Position numbers and translations under genes: made by a program. From positions 1 through 64,000 of the forward strand of contig JBCCEA010000007.1 of assembly GCA_039030515.1 (NCBI GenBank): a DNA stretch of 64,000 bases, given 5' to 3'. This document shows positions 57,424-64,000 of this stretch, in pieces. The notes beneath the pieces were generated by a model that saw nothing but the letters and a program-made list of their open reading frames with translations, had not been told where the DNA came from and searched no databases. This DNA is from Myxococcota bacterium (GTDB taxonomy: Bacteria > Myxococcota_A > Polyangia > Polyangiales > Houyiibacteriaceae). Numbering within the stretch: the first letter of the stretch is position 1; the number at the start of each line of letters is the position of its first letter.

Positions 57424-58473
57424 GTGGCAAAGAAGACTCGGGTGTTGATCGTGGACGATTCGGCTTCGATTCAGAAGCTATTGGCCCGTTTGTTGTCCTC
57501 TGCAGAGGATATCGAAGTCGTCGGCTTCGCAAATGATCCCTATGAAGCTCGAGAAAAAATGGTCGAGCTCAGACCTGATGTGCTCAGTTTGGATATCGAG
57601 ATGCCCCGGATGGACGGTTTGACTTTTCTCAGTAAGGTGATGGCGCACCGCCCGATGCCGGTCGTGATCGTGAGCAGCGTAGCAGGGCCGCAGACAGAAG
57701 CCTCACTCAGAGCTCTGGAGCTCGGTGCAGTCGAGATTATGGATAAGCGAACTGCCCGACGACCGATGCAGTATGCCAATGCGATCCGCCGTGCGAGTGT
57801 GGCTCGGGTTACCGAGCTCGTGAGACGGCGCAAGAATTCCTCTGCGGAGCTTATCGCAGTCGCGGGACCCACAGATCTGTCCGCGGATCTCATCGCGATC
57901 GGAGCGTCTACTGGAGGTCCAGCCGCGCTCTCCAAACTCTTCGCTCGTTTTCCCGCAAGGCTTCCGCCTATCGTAGTGGTGCAGCATATCCCCGGACCCT
58001 TTACAAAGCCGCTTGCGGAGCGTTTGTCCAATCGCAGCCGGGTGTCCGTTGCTGAAAGCGAGGAGGGAGTCGAACTAACCCCCGGAACGGCCTGGATCGC
58101 GAAGGGGACTCATCACCTGACCGTAGAAAAACGCGATGGCAAGCTCTACATGCGCCACAACCAGGATGATCCGGTGAACTTTCATCGACCCAGCGTCAAC
58201 GTGCTCTTTCAGAGTCTGGTGATGAGGGACATTCGCTGCGTTGCCGTTTTGTTGACCGGCATGGGCGACGATGGAGCGACGGGGCTACTGGCGCTTCGAC
58301 AGGCTGGACAGATCACGCTTGCGCAGGACAAGGAGACCTCGTTGATTCACGGAATGCCTGGTGCTGCAGAACGACTGGGCGCAGCGATGCAGTCGGTTCC
58401 TCTGCCCAGTATGGCCAAGGTGATCGTCAAAGCGGTTTCAGCGTGTGGGCGGGTAGAGCGAGCTCAGGTGTGA
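57424..58473 (+). CDS. cheB: Chemotaxis response regulator methylesterase CheB
   Basis: Receiver IVDDS and SLDIEMPRMDG; esterase GASTGG, VQHIP, RPSV, LTGMGDDG. Confidence 0.96.
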   Translation: MAKKTRVLIVDDSASIQKLLARLLSSAEDIEVVGFANDPYEAREKMVELRPDVLSLDIEMPRMDGLTFLSKVMAHRPMPVVIVSSVAGPQTEASLRALELGAVEIMDKRTARRPMQYANAIRRASVARVTELVRRRKNSSAELIAVAGPTDLSADLIAIGASTGGPAALSKLFARFPARLPPIVVVQHIPGPFTKPLAERLSNRSRVSVAESEEGVELTPGTAWIAKGTHHLTVEKRDGKLYMRHNQDDPVNFHRPSVNVLFQSLVMRDIRCVAVLLTGMGDDGATGLLALRQAGQITLAQDKETSLIHGMPGAAERLGAAMQSVPLPSMAKVIVKAVSACGRVERAQV

Positions 58474-59357
58474 GTGGTTTGATTCACGATGGCTCCCGGG
58501 AGTCCTCGGCGACTGAGATGAGCTCTGCTCAGTTCAAAACCGTGGCGCAACTCGCCTATCGCGTCGCAGGATTGAGTCTCTCAGGCAACAAGCGCGGCAT
58601 CGTGTCTTCCCGATTGAAAGTTCGGATGCGCACGCTGGATTGCGATTCATTTGAGGACTACCTCCAGAGGGTCGATAAGTCGCATGACGAACTCGAAGCA
58701 CTTATCGATGTCCTCACGACAAATGAGACACGGTTTTATAGAGAAATGCGCCACTTTGAATTTCTCAGACGAAGTGTATGGCCTTATCTGAAAACACCCG
58801 TTCGAGTTTGGAGCGCAGCATGTTCCACGGGAGAAGAGGCGTTTACGACCGCCATCGAAATCTCCCAAAACTGTACTCCGGACGCTGCTCGCGGTGCACG
58901 AGTGCTTGCGACTGATGTGGCTCCGAGTGTTCTCGAGGTGGGCAAGAAGGGAGTGTATTCTCGTGACCGTCTCGTCGCCGTACCGGACAACCTTAGGGAT
59001 AGGTATTTTCAGGCCGAAGGCAGCGATAAGGCGACGTTCAAGGCCCGCCGACGTCTGCGCTCGATGGTGTCTTTTGCCAAGCTAAATCTCATGGAAGGTT
59101 GGCCGATGAAAGGTTTTTTCTCGGTCATATTCCTAAGGAACGTATTGATTTATTTTGATGAGCAGACGCGTAACTGGCTGACGACGCGACTTGCGCAATA
59201 CCTCGTAAAAGGCGGAGTGTTGATTATTAGTCACACCGAGTCTCTCGATCGAGTACCCGCCAACATGCGGATTCTGCAGCCCTCTATCTACCAACGTACT
59301 GAGGTCTCGGAACGAGGACGTATGCCCGCGCGTCCGAGTCCAGCAGAGACTCGTTGA
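58470..59357 (+). CDS. cheR: Chemotaxis methyltransferase CheR
   Basis: LTTNETRFYRE, WSAACSTGEE, LATDV, FLRNVLIYFD. GTGA overlap with cheB. Confidence 0.96.
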   Translation: MSGLIHDGSRESSATEMSSAQFKTVAQLAYRVAGLSLSGNKRGIVSSRLKVRMRTLDCDSFEDYLQRVDKSHDELEALIDVLTTNETRFYREMRHFEFLRRSVWPYLKTPVRVWSAACSTGEEAFTTAIEISQNCTPDAARGARVLATDVAPSVLEVGKKGVYSRDRLVAVPDNLRDRYFQAEGSDKATFKARRRLRSMVSFAKLNLMEGWPMKGFFSVIFLRNVLIYFDEQTRNWLTTRLAQYLVKGGVLIISHTESLDRVPANMRILQPSIYQRTEVSERGRMPARPSPAETR

Positions 59358-59480
59358 GTCTCGGATATCGTACAGATGGACGTAGGCCGTTGTCCGGCAA
59401 GAAACGTGCCGGGTTGGGCGTAGACGTTTGGAGTGGCCTGAAAGGCGAGTCTGCTACATAACCATTTGATACGTGGAATT

Positions 59481-61676
59481 ATGTTCGAACAAAGGGAAAG
59501 ACAGCTGACTCCATTTCAGGAGCGGCGTTTTCTCTCTGCCCGAGCGAATCACAGCGCCGAGGCGAACTCAAGCAGACGCGTCATCGTTCTCTTTTCAGCG
59601 ACGCTCGTCAGCTATCTGGTATGGGCCTGCGGGGGGCTCGACCGCTCCATGTGCATCGCACAAGAGGGCGGGAGCACAGAGCTGCAGGAATCTACTCGAC
59701 CGCGGGGGCTCTCACTGCTTTCGGAGCCGATTCCCAGGACAGACGGGGCCGGGGAAACCCCGGTGGGATCGCGTCGGGGATGGCTAGATAGTGAAGGTTA
59801 TCAGCTAGTTTCAGTCGATGAAGCGGTCGTACCCACTTCGATCGTTGCGCCAGGGTCGACCTTGGACACGCCGGTGAATCTCAGGTCGGTGGACACCGAT
59901 CGGCGAATGCCCGCATGGCGCTGGCAGCAGTTGCTGGCGTCTCCTCGTATCGGAGGTCGTCTCACCACCGTAGAGGTCGATCGATCCGATCCTGCTCGAA
60001 TTTTTGTCGGGACGGAAGAAGGCACCATTCTGAAGAGCACGGACGGCGGGATATCCTGGAGGGAGCTTGAAATAAGCCCGCGTTTGCGACTTCGACGAGC
60101 TCAAGAGAAATTGAATATCGACATGGGGTTCGACGAGGGCACCTGGTTCATCATCGAGCCCTACAAAGCGGACGATTTTGCGACCCTAGCACGTCTTTAT
60201 CCCAACGCGTTCTTCGCCGTAGATTCCGATACTTTGGTGCTCTTTGACTGGTTCATGCCGCTTCACCACCACGACTACGTTTGGCTGATACCGCTAGGAC
60301 TTCGTTACGGTCCGCAAGAGACTTTGCTTGAATCTGTGCTTGACGGCGCACAAGAGCTCAACTCGGTACGCTTTATCGCGCTTTGTCCTGACGCCGCGTT
60401 TCCGGTTCTTGTCGCAACGAAGCATGAGCTGTTTGGCTCCTATGACGACGGGCTTACCTTCGTCCCCGTTTTTCAGAAGCCCAACACCCAAATGCGTCAA
60501 ATCGTTTGCTCCCGTACCGACAGTAGCAAGCTGATTTTGGTTACCACTCAAGGGGTCTTTCTCTCGAACGATGGAGGCATCACCTTCAATGAGGACCCGG
60601 TCAGTCAACCTGGTCGCCCCGCGTCGGCTGCGGTTTATCGCCCTGACGGCACCAAACTGGTAGCAGAAGGAGCGCGCCTCTACGTTCGTGACGATGCACT
60701 TATTCCAGTTTATCCCGATTTTAACAATGCAGGGACACTGCCTTGGGATCCAATCCTTTGGGTCGAGTCGTCCAACGATCAAATCTGGCTGGGTACGGAA
60801 GACGGGCTTAGAGCCTCTTTTGACGACGGGGTGAGCTGGTCGAATGTAGGTCGTCTAACGTTTTCTAGGCACCAAATCACTCAGGTAGCCATGGGTCAGA
60901 CCGAGGACGGCTCCCCGCGGGTTGCGTTGATCGCTGCAGAATGTAGCCCTGCGGCAGCTGCTGGCGGTACCGGATGTCGAGAGACGAGCGTGTGGGCTAG
61001 TGACGACGGCGGTGAGAGTTGGTTTCCGTTCTTCATGGGGATGACCCGACGAACCATCCAGCGCATCGCATCTGCCCCAGGAGCTCCGGGGCGCTGGTGG
61101 GTGGTAAGCTCCGGAGAACTTTGGACCACTCAGGCGCCCGTTCAGGAAGAGGCTTTGTCGGATGAACGTGCTGCAGAGTGGGCCCGACAACGCCTTCGGG
61201 AGGTTCCACCGCTGGCACTGACAGTGGACGATGCGTTGCGCAATGTTCGACTCGATGAAGAACAGATCCACGGCGTCGGCCTTCAAGACCGGCGCAGGAC
61301 GCTTCCTCTACGCCTTATGTGGTACTTCCGGCACGACCGAACGGATACGAACTCTGAGGAAATACGTTATCCAACTCGCTTGTCGCGCACATTCGGCAAT
61401 TACGATCAGCGCCACTGGTTCTTTTACTTCGTGTTCCGTTGGTGGTTCGGCAACGGGATAGTTTCACCGTTGGAACTGCATCCCACGCGAACCAATATGT
61501 ATCGACTGCGTCAACAAATATCGTTTGCTGTCGAGGATGCCTGGCACGAGAGATTGGTCCATCTGCGTCGAGTTGCTCTGGGGATGTCCGATCCGCTCCA
61601 GGTCGCAATTCTACGAGAGCGTATAGACTCGCTCGACGCAATCTTAGAGACTTGGGCTCCGCCTTCCTCTCGTTGA
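59481..61676 (+). CDS. BNR/Asp-box repeat (beta-propeller) exported protein
   Basis: Asp-boxes STDGGISW, SYDDGLTF, SNDGGITF, SFDDGVSW and SDDGGESW, with an N-terminal hydrophobic segment. Confidence 0.85.
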   Translation: MFEQRERQLTPFQERRFLSARANHSAEANSSRRVIVLFSATLVSYLVWACGGLDRSMCIAQEGGSTELQESTRPRGLSLLSEPIPRTDGAGETPVGSRRGWLDSEGYQLVSVDEAVVPTSIVAPGSTLDTPVNLRSVDTDRRMPAWRWQQLLASPRIGGRLTTVEVDRSDPARIFVGTEEGTILKSTDGGISWRELEISPRLRLRRAQEKLNIDMGFDEGTWFIIEPYKADDFATLARLYPNAFFAVDSDTLVLFDWFMPLHHHDYVWLIPLGLRYGPQETLLESVLDGAQELNSVRFIALCPDAAFPVLVATKHELFGSYDDGLTFVPVFQKPNTQMRQIVCSRTDSSKLILVTTQGVFLSNDGGITFNEDPVSQPGRPASAAVYRPDGTKLVAEGARLYVRDDALIPVYPDFNNAGTLPWDPILWVESSNDQIWLGTEDGLRASFDDGVSWSNVGRLTFSRHQITQVAMGQTEDGSPRVALIAAECSPAAAAGGTGCRETSVWASDDGGESWFPFFMGMTRRTIQRIASAPGAPGRWWVVSSGELWTTQAPVQEEALSDERAAEWARQRLREVPPLALTVDDALRNVRLDEEQIHGVGLQDRRRTLPLRLMWYFRHDRTDTNSEEIRYPTRLSRTFGNYDQRHWFFYFVFRWWFGNGIVSPLELHPTRTNMYRLRQQISFAVEDAWHERLVHLRRVALGMSDPLQVAILRERIDSLDAILETWAPPSSR

Positions 61677-61833
61677 ACTTAGCGATTCGGAACCCTTCGA
61701 TCGTTTGGGGTTGGCGCTCCGAGTGCGGAAGGTTCAGAGATCTTTTTGGGCCTTGGGTGCGCCCCTGGCTCAACGATCCGGCGTCCACGCTATTGGTTTG
61801 ACCTGCTCGCTCGACTCTCGTAGACCGTCGCCG

Positions 61834-62835
61834 GTGAGCGACAGGTTGAACATCGCCTACTTCGTTCATGGTCGGGGGCGAGGGCATGCCGTTCGAGCGC
61901 AATCGGTTCTCGCAGCGCTTGAGCAAAAAGGTTATCGACTCTCGGTATTTGGAGGCGGGCACGCTACGGGTGTTCTCGGTGGTCGAACTGACTTTCGGGT
62001 GGTGCAGCCATGTCTTCCCGGGTGGGATTGGCTGCCCTCGCTAAGTCAGCGACTTATTCAAGATTTGGGTGAACTACGTAAGATACGTCCTGCTCTGGTG
62101 ATCAGCGATGCGGACATGCCCTCCATACACGCGGCAGCGATATTGGGTATCCCAAGCATCGGACTAGGCCACGGCATCGTTTTTTCCCAAACCAAACTTC
62201 CTAAGGGACTCCCTCGATGGGGGCGGATTCGTGAGTCATTGAACGCAGGAAGCTCGTCTTGGTTGTGCAAACGACTGATTGCGGTACATTTTGCGCCTCT
62301 TGTGCCGATTGATGCGAGCCGTGTGGATGTGGCGAGGCCAGAGCTTAAGGCTCTTACCGAGCAAGACGCTATCGACGAGGGATTCATACTCACCTATTTC
62401 CGTGACGAAAACGGTTATAAAGTCTTAGAACAACTTAAGCGTTTTGGAAGGCGCGTCGTCTACTTCGGTCACGCGGAGGTGCCTCCAGGCGTAGAGCGCC
62501 ATGAGCCCGACGCGCCGCAATTCGCCGATCACCTTCGTCGATGTCACGCTGTGGTCGGCTCTGCAGGAAACCATCTTCCAGCCGAATGTGCCCTTGCGGG
62601 CAAGCCGATGCTCGCGCTCTACAGCAAGGGCGACTTAGAACAGCAAATGAATGCACACTTAGCGCAAGAAGCTGGAATCGCGATGGCCGAGCATTTGGAT
62701 CGGGTTGATCGAGCGAAGCTTGAAGAATTTTTTGAAACGAAGCTTCCCACCCCTAATGCTGTTCATGCGTTGTTGGAGATGCGGCCCGTAAGCGATGCAG
62801 TACTTGAGACTGTCGCCGAGATTCTTGCAGCGTAG
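61834..62835 (+). CDS. GT-B glycosyltransferase (MJ1255/GT28-like)
   Basis: YFVHGRGRGHAVR, LVISD, VGSAG, EC..AGKPML, EQQMNA. Confidence 0.85.
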   Translation: MSDRLNIAYFVHGRGRGHAVRAQSVLAALEQKGYRLSVFGGGHATGVLGGRTDFRVVQPCLPGWDWLPSLSQRLIQDLGELRKIRPALVISDADMPSIHAAAILGIPSIGLGHGIVFSQTKLPKGLPRWGRIRESLNAGSSSWLCKRLIAVHFAPLVPIDASRVDVARPELKALTEQDAIDEGFILTYFRDENGYKVLEQLKRFGRRVVYFGHAEVPPGVERHEPDAPQFADHLRRCHAVVGSAGNHLPAECALAGKPMLALYSKGDLEQQMNAHLAQEAGIAMAEHLDRVDRAKLEEFFETKLPTPNAVHALLEMRPVSDAVLETVAEILAA

Positions 62836-62868
62836 GGTGTATATGTTTGGTTTTTTGAATGTATCAAG

Positions 62869-63831
62869 ATGATATCTCGTCAGGTATTCATCGGAGGATG
62901 TGGGCGCAGCGGAACGACGCTGCTTGGTTCCATGCTCGGAGCGCATACAAGCATGGTAGCCACGCCAGAGAGTCATTTTAAGTCTGAGTTGGGCCTTTTG
63001 GCTTCAGGAGAAGATGTTCAGGAAGACCTAGGTAGCCAGTGGAGTCGAATCCGTATCCATTGGCGATTTCGAATCTGGGATTTTGATCCCGGCTTGCCCC
63101 CTCGTCCTATGCAAGCGCCGGAGCTTCTCCTTTGGTTGGTAGAGCGATATGCCGCGAGTGTTGGTCAACCGAGCGCGACCGTGTGGGTGGATCACACTCC
63201 CGAGAACCTACTTAACTGGGACGCGCTTTTCGATGCCTTTCCTAATGCACTTGGGATCCACTTGGTCCGGGATGGAAGGGCCGTTGCAGCCTCTGTCCGG
63301 CCGCTGCGGTGGGGACCGAAGACGATGATGGGATGTGCAAATTGGTGGAAGAAGCGAGCACAGGCTGGCCTTCAGGCCGAGCAGCAGTACGATGACCGTC
63401 TGATTCGGGTTCGTTTTGAAGACCTTGTCGACTCACCTGAGAAGAGTTTGGAGCGGCTTACCGACTTTCTGGGAGTTCCCTACCAGCCCGAGATGAAGCC
63501 GGGGGACGGTTTTGAAAAACCAGCATACACGCTGGCGCAGCATCGCTTAGTCGGTAGTTTGCCTCAGAAATCTCGAAGCCAAGCCTGGAAGCAGACGCTT
63601 GGCTCGAGAGACATCGAGATCTTTGAAGCGGAATGCGGACCCCTACTGGAGTCCCTTGGATATCCTTTATGCACTGAGAGCCCGCGACCGCTTTGTGGGT
63701 TTGCAAGGGCGGGATCTCACACTTTAGAAAAGATATACCAGTGGATCTTATTGCCGCTGCACCGCATTCCTACGCGAGGTCCCTACGTGCTTTCAGGTCT
63801 CCAGCAGCGCCTCCGCGATTGGCTTCCTTAG
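62869..63831 (+). CDS. PAPS-dependent sulfotransferase
   Basis: 5'-PSB loop FIGGCGRSGTTLL, PESHF, 3'-PB LVRDGRAVAAS, VRFEDLV. Confidence 0.92.
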   Translation: MISRQVFIGGCGRSGTTLLGSMLGAHTSMVATPESHFKSELGLLASGEDVQEDLGSQWSRIRIHWRFRIWDFDPGLPPRPMQAPELLLWLVERYAASVGQPSATVWVDHTPENLLNWDALFDAFPNALGIHLVRDGRAVAASVRPLRWGPKTMMGCANWWKKRAQAGLQAEQQYDDRLIRVRFEDLVDSPEKSLERLTDFLGVPYQPEMKPGDGFEKPAYTLAQHRLVGSLPQKSRSQAWKQTLGSRDIEIFEAECGPLLESLGYPLCTESPRPLCGFARAGSHTLEKIYQWILLPLHRIPTRGPYVLSGLQQRLRDWLP

Positions 63832-64000
63832 CTTTGGGGTGACGAATCCAAGATCATCATCTCATCGTTCGTTGGAGGAGCTTGCCGGAATAACGCTTGC
63901 CATCGATCTACCGAAGACCGCTTGAATCGCCGGTACGCGGACCTCCAGTTTGTTTCGGCGTCACTACCCTTACTTAGCAGGGCAGAACGCTGGCCAGCCC
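63828..64000 (-). CDS. 3' end of a CDS entering from the right edge
   Basis: The minus frame is open from the window end to TAA at 63830-63828 (...ETNWRSAYRRFKRSSVDRWQALF...SPQS*), converging on the sulfotransferase stop. Confidence 0.5.
   Translation of the reverse strand, partial: AGQRSALLSKGSDAETNWRSAYRRFKRSSVDRWQALFRQAPPTNDEMMILDSSPQS

Noticed and set aside
59346..59362. GAGACTC-GTT-GAGTCTC inverted repeat at the cheR stop
   Set aside because: It has no U-tract and could be chance, so it is not called as a terminator.

Overview
A GC-rich bacterial chromosomal segment. The gene content (Pkn-type Ser/Thr kinase, giant TPR proteins, CxDD lipoproteins) suggests Myxococcota, probably Polyangia-like; this is inference. 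From left to right it holds: a tmRNA gene followed by two 112-bp tandem repeats that each re-create its 3' end; a CheB-CheR-HK-REC/RR/HK/RR signalling cluster; an AT-richer orphan gene pair; a Ser/Thr kinase; an operon of two giant TPR proteins, nadD and a DUF2520/PanG-like gene; transporters; an ethylmalonyl-CoA pathway cluster (mch, mcd, ecm, meaB); a GH31 lipoprotein; a chorismate mutase-prephenate dehydratase-DAHP synthase fusion; a degenerate cyclase-NTPase protein; a vanadium haloperoxidase-like lipoprotein directly upstream of a CheY-less chemosensory operon (CheW-CZB, MshEN-like protein, CheA, MCP, CheB, CheR); and glycosyltransferase/sulfotransferase genes. The best leads are the haloperoxidase/CZB chemosensory linkage, the tmRNA-linked structured repeats, a ~91-nt cloverleaf RNA candidate at 26096-26186 and the possibly frameshifted toxin-like orphan at 8401-10193. 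No CRISPR array, rRNA, tRNA, transposase or integrase was recognised. All calls come from reading motifs by eye; no database searches were run.
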